From Vulcanimicrobiota bacterium (GTDB lineage: Bacteria > Vulcanimicrobiota > Xenobia > Xenobiales > JADMJV01): DNA of 64,000 nt. The translations under genes and the position numbers were made by a program. Positions 44,131-54,112 of this stretch are shown in pieces; within the stretch, counting starts at the first letter, position 1, and each line of letters opens with the position of its first letter. Under the pieces are notes generated by a model. The model was not told where the DNA came from, ran no database searches, and worked only from the letters and a program-made list of their open reading frames with translations. The DNA is taken from the NCBI GenBank assembly GCA_050250895.1, contig JBFWNU010000005.1:448001-512000 (forward strand). The letters are read 5' to 3'.

Positions 44131-45951
44131 TCAAGGGCCGTTGACGGTGTAGCCGTTGGCCCACTGCTCTTCGATCGCTTTCCAGGGGTCGGCGTCGACC
44201 AGTTTGCCGGCCGCGTCGGACAGACCCAGCCTGGCCGAGTTTTTCAGCGCCCAGGGCCCCTTGACCGAGAGCGCCCGATTGGGGCTCTGGAAGGCAGAGG
44301 GATGATAGAGCTTCATCTGGGCCAGGCTGAGGGTGTCGGTCAGAAACGCCCCGTGGACGGCTCCACCGGTCAGGGTGGTATCGACATGCTTGCCGGCCAC
44401 GGCCCCGGCCAGATAGGTGTCGCTAAGCTGCATCTGGCTGTCCTGAACGGCTCGCGAGTTGGTCGGGTCGACCAGTTCCCCCTGGAAATAGAGTTCAAGG
44501 GCTTGAGGGTTGCCGGTCTGGGCATCGAGGTCCCACTGATTCCAGTAGGCCGACGGCGAGTAGGCCGAGCCGGCGTGCTTGAAGCGATTGATCTCGGACC
44601 CGACCGCCTGCAGTTGCTCCTTGACCATCACCCGGGTGGGGGAACCGGTGGTTCCGTCGACCAGTAAACTGGCGTGGTCGAGTTCGAGCCGATCGATGAC
44701 ATAGTCCCCTGGCTGCAACCGAACAGCCGCGCCCGGCTCGAAGGTCAGAGTTCCGTAGCGCCCCGGGGGCAACACCACCTCGCTGGCGGCCTGCTGAGCG
44801 TCAAAGGTCGCAGGGTCGATGGAACTCATGGTAATCATGGTGGGCTGGCCGGGATTGGCCACCGGTTGGCTGGGCGGGGCCACCACCGGGGCGGCCTGGA
44901 AGGTGCGGTTCTCAGGAAATCCGTTGGGACCGGGAACCCGGGCGGGGAACGGGACCTTGTTGGGATAGACTTCGACCTGGCCGCGGAAGTCTACGCTGGA
45001 AGGTAAAGTCGTGCGACCCTGGTTGACGGTGAGACTATTGCCGGAAGCGCTGTTGTTGGTGGACAGCGAGGTGCTGTTGCCGGTCGTCACCGAGGACGAC
45101 GCGGTGGCAAAGGCAGTGCCGGTAACCCCCTGCGACTGCGTCTGGCTGGTGGTCTGGGCCTGACTAAACGGGCTCAGTCCGGGGTCCTTCAAGCCGCTGG
45201 CGCTATTGGCGCCGATGACGCTCACCTGGCCGGACTTGGCCGTTACCGGCGACCCCTCTCCATAGACCACGTTGCCGTGAATGGAACTGGCACCCTCGGC
45301 CCAGAGGCTGTCCATGGCGGAGCTGTTGGTGCCCAGCAACGCTTTGGTGAACTTGGCCGTAGCCCGCATCGTGGGAGGGCGGCCACCGTTGGCGTTGGCG
45401 GCCGCGGCGGCGGCCACGCTAGCGGCGCCCAGAAGTTGACCGGGAGGGATGAACTCGGGCGGCGGCCGTTGCCCGTCCCAGTGCTTGGCCGCTGTGTCAT
45501 TGAGGCTCACCGACTCGTTGCCGAACGCAGCCGTGGTCAACGAGATCGGAGGTTGCCAGGCCAGGGCCGCGTAGCCGACCGTCTGGCCGGACGGGGAAGT
45601 GGGTTTGCCCCGAGACACCAGATAGACATGGCCCGGCGGCACGGGGGTCCCGTCGGCAGCTTTGTAACTGGCGCCCAGCGACCCGTTGTTGTTGTTGATG
45701 AACTCGACCTCGTAGGGGTGGCCGTTGGCCAGGGTGCCGGTGAGCGTCTGGGTGCGATCGGGCTGATCGCTGAGGATTACGAGAGCGTGCTGCAGACCTG
45801 CCCTGGCGGCCATCTCGACGCGCAGATGTTCTTCACTATTGCTAGCTGTGCGCAGATGAAAAACGGTGGAGGCACCCACACTGGCCAATAGACCGGCCAG
45901 GATGGTCATCACCACCAACACGACCAGCAGAGCGGAGCCCCTTTCCCTCAT
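44131..45951 (-). CDS. PilX-like minor pilin / adhesin
   Basis: RERGSALLVVLVV...AARAGL N-terminus, Ser/Thr-rich region and LPPGRYG beta-rich C-terminal region; start ATG 45951. Confidence 0.75.
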   Translation of the reverse strand: MRERGSALLVVLVVMTILAGLLASVGASTVFHLRTASNSEEHLRVEMAARAGLQHALVILSDQPDRTQTLTGTLANGHPYEVEFINNNNGSLGASYKAADGTPVPPGHVYLVSRGKPTSPSGQTVGYAALAWQPPISLTTAAFGNESVSLNDTAAKHWDGQRPPPEFIPPGQLLGAASVAAAAAANANGGRPPTMRATAKFTKALLGTNSSAMDSLWAEGASSIHGNVVYGEGSPVTAKSGQVSVIGANSASGLKDPGLSPFSQAQTTSQTQSQGVTGTAFATASSSVTTGNSTSLSTNNSASGNSLTVNQGRTTLPSSVDFRGQVEVYPNKVPFPARVPGPNGFPENRTFQAAPVVAPPSQPVANPGQPTMITMSSIDPATFDAQQAASEVVLPPGRYGTLTFEPGAAVRLQPGDYVIDRLELDHASLLVDGTTGSPTRVMVKEQLQAVGSEINRFKHAGSAYSPSAYWNQWDLDAQTGNPQALELYFQGELVDPTNSRAVQDSQMQLSDTYLAGAVAGKHVDTTLTGGAVHGAFLTDTLSLAQMKLYHPSAFQSPNRALSVKGPWALKNSARLGLSDAAGKLVDADPWKAIEEQWANGYTVNGP

Positions 45952-46004
45952 GTTGGCTATTGTAACAAAAATGTAACCACGTGGCAATGCAGCCTCGATT
46001 TCGG

Positions 46005-46610
46005 TTAATTGGTGATGGCTACCGCGCTCTGCAGGCGAACTCGGTTGATGCGGCCGCGACTATCGGTCTGGGCGGCCGTTACCCGAATGGTTGCCTGACC
46101 TTCGAAGACCTCGACCATGAACTGCTCGACGCCTCGCGCCATGACTCTTTCGGGCAGTGGCTGGGCAGCCAGGTCGGCGGTGGAGAAGCCGGCATCCAGA
46201 GCGGGCGGGAAGCCGGATTGGCGAACATAGGGGTCCAGCATCCACTCTTTGCGGACCAGGTTGCCATCCTCTCGGATATAGTAGGCAATCACCTTTTCCC
46301 ACGACAGCTTGCCGCCGCCAGCCATGGCCAGCGAGCCCTCCGCGTTGCGCGGAGAAGCGAAGACCACGCCGGCCGGGACGGGATCGTAGCGAACACTGGT
46401 CGGGTTGCTCTCGGCCAGTTCCATCCCCAGCAGGCCCACCGCTCCCAGCAGGTTCTTCTGTAGGGCCAGGCGGGCTTCCGAGTCGCGGGCAAAACGAACT
46501 CCGTTGAAGAAGAGGCTATAGGTGCCGCCGGCCAGCAAGAGCATCAAGGCCGATGCCACCATGACCTCGACCAGCGAGAGGGCTCTATTGGGCCGCGAGC
46601 AGGGTCTCAA
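46005..46610 (-). CDS. PilW-like prepilin-type protein
   Basis: Class III signal RA|LSLVEVMV followed by a hydrophobic helix. Confidence 0.8.
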   Translation of the reverse strand: MRPCSRPNRALSLVEVMVASALMLLLAGGTYSLFFNGVRFARDSEARLALQKNLLGAVGLLGMELAESNPTSVRYDPVPAGVVFASPRNAEGSLAMAGGGKLSWEKVIAYYIREDGNLVRKEWMLDPYVRQSGFPPALDAGFSTADLAAQPLPERVMARGVEQFMVEVFEGQATIRVTAAQTDSRGRINRVRLQSAVAITN

Positions 46611-46977
46611 AGGACAACTCCGTGGTTTTCTCTTGATAGCTGTAAGATACCGCCACCGTGACGGTCTTTAGCCCCGGCATGGTCTCGTTGACGGTGACCG
46701 TGTAGCGGTATGGGATCTGGGTCACCTGACCGTCAAGTTCGACCTCCATGTTCAGGGTGTAGGGACCTCCGCCTACAGCCGAGTCGTAGCCCTGATTCAC
46801 GGTCGCCTCCATCACGGTGCGGCCGAGGTGGGTGGCGACCAGGTGGTCGCGCGACTGGACGGCCGCCCGGGCGTAGGCTGCCCATAAGCCAGAGGCGAAC
46901 AACACCAGCAGGGCAAACACGAAAGCGGCCACCACGACCTCGAGAAGATTGTGCCCGCTTTGGCGGCGATTGCCCAT
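46585..46977 (-). CDS. PilV-like prepilin-type protein
   Basis: Class III signal RRQSG|HNLLEVVV; C-terminal LKTVTVAVSY. Confidence 0.8.
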   Translation of the reverse strand: MGNRRQSGHNLLEVVVAAFVFALLVLFASGLWAAYARAAVQSRDHLVATHLGRTVMEATVNQGYDSAVGGGPYTLNMEVELDGQVTQIPYRYTVTVNETMPGLKTVTVAVSYSYQEKTTELSFETLLAAQ

Positions 46978-47039
46978 GCCATGAGGTTAGCATCCGTGTC
47001 GAGCCAGGGCAAGTCGCGCCGGGTTGCGAAATTCTAAGA

Positions 47040-48053
47040 ATGGGGGAGTTTCGTCTATCCACGCTGCAAATCGCCACCGCGACGCGTCAACTGGCGACCA
47101 TGGTCTCGGTGGGAGTTCCGTTACAGCGGGGACTCCAGTGCTGCGCGCAAGGGGGCGACGAAAAGGTGGCCGTGATCATGTCGGGCCTGGCCGGCATGTT
47201 GTCGGCGGGCAACTATCTCTCTCGTTGCCTAAACCGCTACCCTCAGGCCTTTCCGCCCTTCTACGTGGGGGTCATCGAGGCCGGCGAGAGTTCGGGGACG
47301 CTGGCTCAGGCCCTGGAGCGTCTGGCCGACCTGCTCGAGCGGCAGGCGACCCTGCGCTCGAAGATCATCGCGGCCCTGACCTACCCGGCCGTGGTGGCCG
47401 CCTTTAGCCTGCTCGGGGCCTCGTGCTTCGTGTTCTTTCTCTTTCCTAGCTTGCAGCCGCTTTATGCTGGCCTGGGCATGACTCTACCCTGGCCCACCCG
47501 CCTGCTGTTGGCCATGCGCTGGCTGGGACCGCTACTGATGGTGTTGGGAGCCGGCGGCGTGTGGTGGTTGCGTCATCGCACTCGCTGGACCCTCGAGGAC
47601 ATGCTCGAGATCACTCCCGCCCTGGGACGGCTGCTGGCGGTCTTTCGCGAAGTTCAGGTGCTGCGTTCGCTGTCGCTGTTGTTGGACGCGGGCCTCACCT
47701 TTAGCGAAGCCATGCTGACGGCCGCCCGTTCCTCGGGCAGCCCTCGAGTGGCGGAGCGGTTGGAGCGCACGGTAGTGCTGGTCTCCCGCGGAGAGTCGTT
47801 AGAGATGGCCCTGGCCGCCAGCTGCTTCTTCTCTTCGGCCACCATCAGTATGTTGCTGGTGGGCCAGGAGACGGTCGGTCTGGCGTTTGGGGCAGGTCGG
47901 GCCTGTGTGCTACTCGAGCAAGAGGTCGAGACGGCCGTCGATACTCTGGCCTCGGTCCTCGAGCCGGTCGCTACGCTGATCGTGGGCGGCGTGGTGGGTC
48001 TGATCGTGACCGGCTCCCTGCTGCCGACCATCAAGATGCTGCAGACACTGTAG
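47040..48053 (+). CDS. type II secretion F / PilC-family platform protein
   Basis: RQLATMVSVGVP, AGESSGTL, ALTYP, LPWPT and LEP motifs; start ATG 47040. Confidence 0.9.
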   Translation: MGEFRLSTLQIATATRQLATMVSVGVPLQRGLQCCAQGGDEKVAVIMSGLAGMLSAGNYLSRCLNRYPQAFPPFYVGVIEAGESSGTLAQALERLADLLERQATLRSKIIAALTYPAVVAAFSLLGASCFVFFLFPSLQPLYAGLGMTLPWPTRLLLAMRWLGPLLMVLGAGGVWWLRHRTRWTLEDMLEITPALGRLLAVFREVQVLRSLSLLLDAGLTFSEAMLTAARSSGSPRVAERLERTVVLVSRGESLEMALAASCFFSSATISMLLVGQETVGLAFGAGRACVLLEQEVETAVDTLASVLEPVATLIVGGVVGLIVTGSLLPTIKMLQTL

Positions 48054-48188
48054 TTCTCAAGACGGTAGTTTTCAGATGGTGGATACCGTACCAGACGGTC
48101 GGGGAAGGGGGTGGACGGCTGGAGAGTCCCTACTCGGCGCCTTTCTCGGCGGTTTCCACAACAAGCGCTCCCCTGCAGTCGAGGCGCC

Positions 48189-49709
48189 TCAGTCCTGGGT
48201 GAAGTGGACCCAGAGAGCCAGGGCCACCGGGCCGCCCAGCAGGGGAAAGAGAAAGAGCGCAAGCAGCCCCACCCCGAGCAGGCGCAGGTCGGGGGGGCGG
48301 TGGTAGCTGCCCGAGGGGCCTTCGTAAGCCTCGACCTCGAGCTTGAGGCTGCCCGCTATGGCGAAGCCCGACAGGCCTTCGTCGCGGTCGAAGAACACGT
48401 GCCCGGCATCGGCGGGCACCTGGTCAAACGAGGGGTCGACGGCCAGCCAGCCTCCGTCGAAATAGACCTCGACCCAGGCGTGATGGGCCATCATGGTGCC
48501 GCTGTCATAGCCCAGGCCGCTCAAGGGCCGGGCTGGCAGGCCGGCGGCCCGATAGAGAGTGATCAAGAGCAGCGAATGCTCGGTGCAGTCGCCGGCCCGA
48601 TGGGCCAGCACTTCGGTGGCCGTACCGGCATCGCGGGTATAGGTCTTGGCCAGCATCTGAAAGACCCAGTGGTTGAGTTTCTTGACTTTGGCCGCGTCGT
48701 CGAGTTGGGCCACCCCCAGGCTCTGCAGCAGGGCGGCGATGGCCGGCGCTTCCACCTCATAGACCGGCGAGGCTGCCAGGTATTTCTGCCGTTCCTCGGC
48801 CGTCAACGATTCGGGCTCAGGACGGCTGGGCCGTGTCAACACAAGCCGCTTGCGGCCGGTGAGATAGTCGGATTCGACCTGCTGCCAGCCGGTCTCGAGC
48901 CACTTATAGTTGTCGGCGCCCTGGGTTAGCAGTACCAGTCGCTCCAGGGGGCGCCCGCCGGGCGAGCGGTCGAGTTGAATGCCGGTGAGCCCAAACACGT
49001 CGGCCCCGCTGTCGAGCTGAGTGGCTACCTCGACGGGTTCGCGCTTGACCTGCAAGAAGGTGCCGACGGAAAGCTCCAGCGGCTGACCCATAGCGTCGAC
49101 CGTGCCGCGCATGGTCAGATCGTCAGATTCCATGTCGACGGTGACCACGCCATCTCTGCGGCTGACGATGGTGTAATGCGATGGAATATCGACAGGGTCA
49201 CGCTCCCAGTCAGCCTCGTAGACGGTCAGCTGGTCCCCCGGCTGGCCCCCCTGTAAAAAGCGGTGCAGGCGCTCCATCTCCTCGAGATTTTCCCGCGGCA
49301 GGGGCACGGTCCGGGTGGTTTTTTGGGTGGGGCTCTCGGTGACGATCTCCAACTCGTCGCCCACTTTGCGACCGGTGCGGGTCAACCGGTCGCCGTTGCT
49401 GTCACCCACCCAGCGAAACCCGGTCAGCTCGCCGGTCTCGAGATCATAGTAACTGAGTTCGGTGGATTGGTTTACGGCCTGGTGGTCGCCGAAAGCGACG
49501 CGCATCACGTTGGTTTGTTCCCACTTGAGCGCCTTGCCGTCGGAGCCAAGCTCGGCCTTGCTCGTCAGATAGCCGGCCTTTTGGCCCTGCAGGTAAAAGC
49601 CGAAAGCAAGGTCGTGCTCAAACTGGCGGGCGAACTGGTCGTAGGGAGGAGCGGCCAGGGCCGACCCCCACCACAGGGCTACCAGTAAGATGGCAAAACA
49701 GCGACGCAT
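48189..49709 (-). CDS. secreted, C-terminally anchored transglutaminase-like domain protein
   Basis: Signal peptide MRRCFAILL, catalytic triad motifs GDCTEH, HAWVE and VDP, C-terminal TM. Confidence 0.85.
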   Translation of the reverse strand: MRRCFAILLVALWWGSALAAPPYDQFARQFEHDLAFGFYLQGQKAGYLTSKAELGSDGKALKWEQTNVMRVAFGDHQAVNQSTELSYYDLETGELTGFRWVGDSNGDRLTRTGRKVGDELEIVTESPTQKTTRTVPLPRENLEEMERLHRFLQGGQPGDQLTVYEADWERDPVDIPSHYTIVSRRDGVVTVDMESDDLTMRGTVDAMGQPLELSVGTFLQVKREPVEVATQLDSGADVFGLTGIQLDRSPGGRPLERLVLLTQGADNYKWLETGWQQVESDYLTGRKRLVLTRPSRPEPESLTAEERQKYLAASPVYEVEAPAIAALLQSLGVAQLDDAAKVKKLNHWVFQMLAKTYTRDAGTATEVLAHRAGDCTEHSLLLITLYRAAGLPARPLSGLGYDSGTMMAHHAWVEVYFDGGWLAVDPSFDQVPADAGHVFFDRDEGLSGFAIAGSLKLEVEAYEGPSGSYHRPPDLRLLGVGLLALFLFPLLGGPVALALWVHFTQD

Positions 49710-50746
49710 CAGGATTCTTCTAGCAGTTCGCGAGCGGCCTTCACGATCTCGTCGGCCTGGACCTGTCGATAGCAGCGAAAGTCGGGGCAGGTGGCCTTCA
49801 GGCAACCAGGACGGCAGTTGCGGTTTTGGGGCCGGATGATGCGGTGGCGAGTTCCGAAGGGAGCCCAGCGCCTGGGAAAGTCCTCGTCGAGCGCGTAGAT
49901 GCCAACTACCGGCGTGCCGACCGCCGCGGCCAGGTGCATCGGTCCCGAGTCGGGACAGACGAACACTCGGCACTGTTCAGCCACGGCTGCCAGGGTGTCG
50001 AGATCGGTCTGGCCGGCCAGATTCAGACACGGCACGCCCAGGCGCTTTTGGACCGCCGCCACCAATTCGACCTCGTCGGGTCCGCCGGTCAAGACCAGCC
50101 GGCCAGGCAGTTCTAACACCAGTTGGCGAGCCCAGGCGGCAAAGGCGTCCACCGGCCAGCGCTGGCTGGTCAGCGGCATGCCTTTGCCGGTGTGAAAGCC
50201 GACCAGCGGACCCTCGCCAGGGCTGTCTTGCAGCAACTGCCGGGCCTTTTCGCGGGCGGCCGGGTCCACTTCGTAGACGACCTTCGGGTCGGTGGGCTCG
50301 AGTCCCAGGGCCCGACCGTAGTCGAGCAGGATCTCGGTCCAATGGGTCTGGTCGTCGCCGTGCTCAGAGCGCACCCGCACTTTATGGGTGTAGAGAAAAC
50401 TATAACCCAGGCGGGAATCTTGCCCTACCCGCCGGGGGATGCGAGCCAGGAACAGGGTCCAGGCGAGACCCGTCACGCTCCATAGAATGAGGGCCGCATC
50501 GTAGTTCCTCTGGCGTAGCTTCGAGGCGAGTTCGAGCATTTCGCCGGGCATCTTCGGAGCCTTCCCGGGCAGTTCCAGAAGTTCATGGATATCGGGATTG
50601 CGGCGCAGTACGGCGGCCGTCGAGCGACGGGCCAGAAAGTCGATTTCCGCCTGGGGGTGAGCCTTGCGCAGCTCTCTTACCAGCGGAGTCGAGAGCAGCA
50701 CGTCGCCAAGACCACCGCCGGTGTGGACCACCAGCAGCCGCTTCAC
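49709..50746 (-). CDS. GT9 ADP-heptose:LPS heptosyltransferase-like protein
   Basis: GLGDVLLSTP, NLAGQTDL and DSGPMHLAAAVG motifs; GTG 50746 overlaps the upstream TGA. Confidence 0.9.
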   Translation of the reverse strand: MKRLLVVHTGGGLGDVLLSTPLVRELRKAHPQAEIDFLARRSTAAVLRRNPDIHELLELPGKAPKMPGEMLELASKLRQRNYDAALILWSVTGLAWTLFLARIPRRVGQDSRLGYSFLYTHKVRVRSEHGDDQTHWTEILLDYGRALGLEPTDPKVVYEVDPAAREKARQLLQDSPGEGPLVGFHTGKGMPLTSQRWPVDAFAAWARQLVLELPGRLVLTGGPDEVELVAAVQKRLGVPCLNLAGQTDLDTLAAVAEQCRVFVCPDSGPMHLAAAVGTPVVGIYALDEDFPRRWAPFGTRHRIIRPQNRNCRPGCLKATCPDFRCYRQVQADEIVKAARELLEES

Positions 50747-51786
50747 ACCACCTCGCAATAGAGTTCTTCGTAGCCGTCAATCATGGAGGTCAGACTGAAC
50801 AGGCCGGCCTGTTGACGGGCGCCGGCCGAGAATTTGGCGGGGTCGGCCAATACCTCGAGCATGGCCTCGAGCAGAGCCTCGGGCTGGCCGGGGGCGTAGA
50901 GTCGGCAGGCTTGACCCACTACTTCGGGGATTCCGCCGGTAGCCGCCGCCACCAGCGGTTTGCCTAAAGCCATGGCCTCGAGGCAGACCAGCGAAAAGGT
51001 CTCGCGGTGGGAAGGAACCACGACCACTTCGAGGGCCGAGATTACCGCCAGTGGATCCTCCACGAAGCCCAGAAAGAGGACCTCGACTCCCAGACTTCGG
51101 GCTTGTTCCTCGAGCTTCTGGCGATCTTCGCCCTGGCCCGCCAATACGAAATTGAGATCGGGAAACCGTCTGGCCAATTCGGGCAGGATGGCCAGGAAGT
51201 CTCCCTGTCCCTTGGCCTCGACCAGCGCGCTGACCACCCCCACCCAGCGTCCACCCGCCAGCTGGGGATGCTTGGGATAGCCGGGCCGGGCCTGGTCCAT
51301 GTCGATACCGTTGGGAATAACCTCCAGTTGCGACGGAGGCAGCTTCAGCTCTGCCTGGATCTGGGCTTTGAGGGCCTCGGAGACGGCGATGACTCGCCGG
51401 CTGCGTCGGTAGGCCCAGTTCAACAGGCGACTGCGACCGGGATTGATGAAGCTGTGCTCGGCCTTGACCAGGGGGGTGCGGCGAGCCACCAGGTTGGCCA
51501 GGCTGAGCAGGGTCAGATCCCGGTCGCCGATGCAGTGGATCAGGTCCCAGGGAACCTGGCGCAGGACTCCGTGCAGGTGGAACATGGCCACCGGGTCGAT
51601 CTCGCTCTTCATCTCGATGGCGGCCGTGGGTAACTTGCTCACGCGCGCCTGCTCTTCGAGCCACGAGCCGGGCGAGGCCACCAGGCGGACGCGATGGCCT
51701 CGGCCGAGCAAGCCGCGAACCAGTTTGAGCGTGTGCACTTCGGCTCCGCCAAACCCTCTGTTTTCGTTGCTGACGAGTATGTTCAT
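50743..51786 (-). CDS. GT4 glycosyltransferase
   Basis: GGAE, IPNGID, ETFSLVCLEAMA and GGIPEVV motifs. Confidence 0.9.
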   Translation of the reverse strand: MNILVSNENRGFGGAEVHTLKLVRGLLGRGHRVRLVASPGSWLEEQARVSKLPTAAIEMKSEIDPVAMFHLHGVLRQVPWDLIHCIGDRDLTLLSLANLVARRTPLVKAEHSFINPGRSRLLNWAYRRSRRVIAVSEALKAQIQAELKLPPSQLEVIPNGIDMDQARPGYPKHPQLAGGRWVGVVSALVEAKGQGDFLAILPELARRFPDLNFVLAGQGEDRQKLEEQARSLGVEVLFLGFVEDPLAVISALEVVVVPSHRETFSLVCLEAMALGKPLVAAATGGIPEVVGQACRLYAPGQPEALLEAMLEVLADPAKFSAGARQQAGLFSLTSMIDGYEELYCEVV

Positions 51787-53036
51787 CGGGTCACCTCGGT
51801 CAGAATCCCCGCCAGGCGTTCGGTCTGGCGGCGAGCGTCGTAGTGGGCCTGTTGCTCTGGGTTGGGAGAGGTCGGCCCCTGTTGATAGAGTTCTTCGAGG
51901 CTCTGGGCTATCTGCGCTGGTTGATCAAGGCAAACCCTTGAATTGCCGGTCGCCCGGACCACCTCTGCCAGGGGGCAGTCGAGGGGCCCGGTCATGAGAA
52001 TGGGCCGGCCGGCCCCGATGTATTCGAAGGCTTTGCCGGTGAACAACCAGGCGGCGGTCGGGACCTGTTCCAGCACCAGGAGTTGAACGTGGCTGGTCAT
52101 CATCAACTGCCGAATCTGGGCATGAGGTAGAAAGCCGCGCACATCCAGCACCCCCTCCAGGGCCGGGCGCTCCAGCCAGGTTTGGCAGGCGGCCTCGACG
52201 CGACCGGCCAGAATCAACCTGGCCCGGCGCTCGGGATGGGCCGCCAACCATTGCTCGAAGCCGTCGAGAAACGCTCGCATGTCCCGCTGCGGGTGGATGC
52301 CGCCGGCGTGAAGGATGGTGAAAGGTTGGTCGGCGACCGGCTCGAGGCGAGGTTCGAAATGCGCCGGGTCAAAGCCGTTGGGAATCAGATGGATGGCCTC
52401 CTCAGCCAGGCTGGGGGGACGCCGTTGCCGCAAGCCCTCGACGATGCCCGGCGTGACCGTGATGACGGCCGAACTCGCTTCTAGAACGTTCTGTTCGAGA
52501 GCCTCTTCGCGGGCCTGGCGCTTGGGATGACGGCGGCGAAAATCCGCGTTGGAGGTGGTCCAGTCATCGCGAAAGTCGCACACCAGCGGCAGACCCGTGC
52601 TGGCGTGGACCCGCGCCCCAGCCACCAGCGTCGACCAGGGCTGAGCGGTGGCTATCACCGCCTCGGCCCGGTGCTGACGGGCCAACCGGATGGCCGCCCG
52701 CGAGGCGGGCCTGGCCCACAGGGCCCGGTCGTCGGGAAAGAGCACGAAATCGAAGGTCTTGAACAGGTTGCGAATCACTTTGCGGGGAGGGTCGTCCCAG
52801 GTGTCGGGGTAATTGTCGGGCTCGAGGCAGGGCACTCTCTCGACCACGGCTTGCTCAGGAATCTCCTGGACCAGGGCGGGGTCGCGGGGCTCTTTGGCCC
52901 CACCCGCGACACAGACCACGATGGGCTTCCAGCCAAACTCGGGCAGGTAGCGGGTGAAGCGCATGGCCCGCATCACGGCGACCCCGCCCAGCGGTGGATA
53001 GTGGTAGGCCAGATAGATTACCGGGCGAAGACTCAA
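51783..53036 (-). CDS. GT4-like glycosyltransferase
   Basis: YHYPPLGG, DFRDDW, IPNGFD and GKAFEYIGAGRP motifs. Confidence 0.88.
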   Translation of the reverse strand: MSLRPVIYLAYHYPPLGGVAVMRAMRFTRYLPEFGWKPIVVCVAGGAKEPRDPALVQEIPEQAVVERVPCLEPDNYPDTWDDPPRKVIRNLFKTFDFVLFPDDRALWARPASRAAIRLARQHRAEAVIATAQPWSTLVAGARVHASTGLPLVCDFRDDWTTSNADFRRRHPKRQAREEALEQNVLEASSAVITVTPGIVEGLRQRRPPSLAEEAIHLIPNGFDPAHFEPRLEPVADQPFTILHAGGIHPQRDMRAFLDGFEQWLAAHPERRARLILAGRVEAACQTWLERPALEGVLDVRGFLPHAQIRQLMMTSHVQLLVLEQVPTAAWLFTGKAFEYIGAGRPILMTGPLDCPLAEVVRATGNSRVCLDQPAQIAQSLEELYQQGPTSPNPEQQAHYDARRQTERLAGILTEVTR

Positions 53037-53878
53037 CTGTATTCGGGCAAACTCGGCTTACGCGTGATCCAGAGTTGCTTGAAGACGTCACCTTTGAGAT
53101 GTTGGATGGGCTTGCGCTCGAGCAGCTCGAGCCCGAACTCCTCGAGGCGTTCCTCGACCTCTTCGTTGGAGTAGCAACGCTGGTAGAGCGTCTCGTCAAA
53201 CCGTTCGTAGAGATTGTCCTCGACCTGGATAAAGCCCACGATGTTGGTCTCGAGGGTCCGCTCTTCGGCGATGAGGTGGTAAGCACCCGACTTGTCGTGG
53301 GTTTCGACGAAGACGGTGCGACCGTCGAGATGGCGAATGCCATCCCAGCAGTTCATGTCGAAAATAAACAAGCCGCCGGGCCGCAGCGCTTGCGAGATGC
53401 TCTCGAAGGCCAGATCGAGTTCTTCGTCGTCAAACAGGTGGTCCAGGCTGTCGTGGGTCGAAATGATGCATGGCGTCTTCTCTTGCAGGCGGAACGTTCT
53501 CATGTCGGCCCGCGTGAAGCGAGCCGTAACCCCCGAAGCGAGCGCGCGACGCTGGGCATGGGCCAGCATGTTGTGAGAGAGGTCGAGCCCGACCATGTTG
53601 TAGCCGGCCTTGGCCAACTCGATGGTGATCACGCCGGTGCCGCAGGCGATGTCGACCACCTCGGCTCCCGGAGGCATGCGATAGCGCTCCAGAGCGTCGA
53701 GGATATGCGAGGTCATGGTTAAACAGAAGTCTTCGGAGCCGAAGACATCGTAGATGTCCGCAAAGCGGGCGTACTTATTGACGTTGACAACTTCCGCATC
53801 GTCATCCTGGGGGTCGCTTGCCCAGGGCGCGGGGTCCCGTGAGATCGTTGTCGACTCGCCGAGGGGATTGACGCTCAA
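53033..53878 (-). CDS. class I SAM-dependent methyltransferase
   Basis: VDIACGTG, GLDLS, ADMR and LRPGGLFIFD motifs. Confidence 0.9.
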   Translation of the reverse strand: MSVNPLGESTTISRDPAPWASDPQDDDAEVVNVNKYARFADIYDVFGSEDFCLTMTSHILDALERYRMPPGAEVVDIACGTGVITIELAKAGYNMVGLDLSHNMLAHAQRRALASGVTARFTRADMRTFRLQEKTPCIISTHDSLDHLFDDEELDLAFESISQALRPGGLFIFDMNCWDGIRHLDGRTVFVETHDKSGAYHLIAEERTLETNIVGFIQVEDNLYERFDETLYQRCYSNEEVEERLEEFGLELLERKPIQHLKGDVFKQLWITRKPSLPEYS

Positions 53879-54112
53879 GTGGCTTTGGCCTTCATAGTGG
53901 AACAGATGAGGGAAGCGGCCCGCTTCCTTTGAGAGGGAATACGCTTTGGCGGGAGCGAGTTCCTGTCTAGGTATACACGGGCCGGGGCTCCAATCCGCCC
54001 CGCAAACAGGTGTTCGCGAGCAGGAACCCTGTTGCCAGGCGGGCTTGTCGGTTGCTGGTAGCCATGTTACAATAATTTGAACTTTAACCTACACCCTATT
54101 TCCAGGAGCGAG

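Noticed and set aside
3973-49973. Long N-terminal extensions in the ORF track (e.g. starts at 3973, 9315, 12004, 12687, 38780, 42460, 46710, 49973) as fusions or overlapping genes
   Set aside because: These arise from taking the first possible start codon; family homology and stop/start overlaps point to the shorter starts reported.
14681-54074. Shared GTTACA motif upstream of the peptidase (14684), the PilX-like gene and the ABC ATPase (54066) as one regulon
   Set aside because: At 14684 and 54066 it is a single copy explained by a -10 box (TACATT/TACAAT); only the PilX-like site has a true direct repeat.
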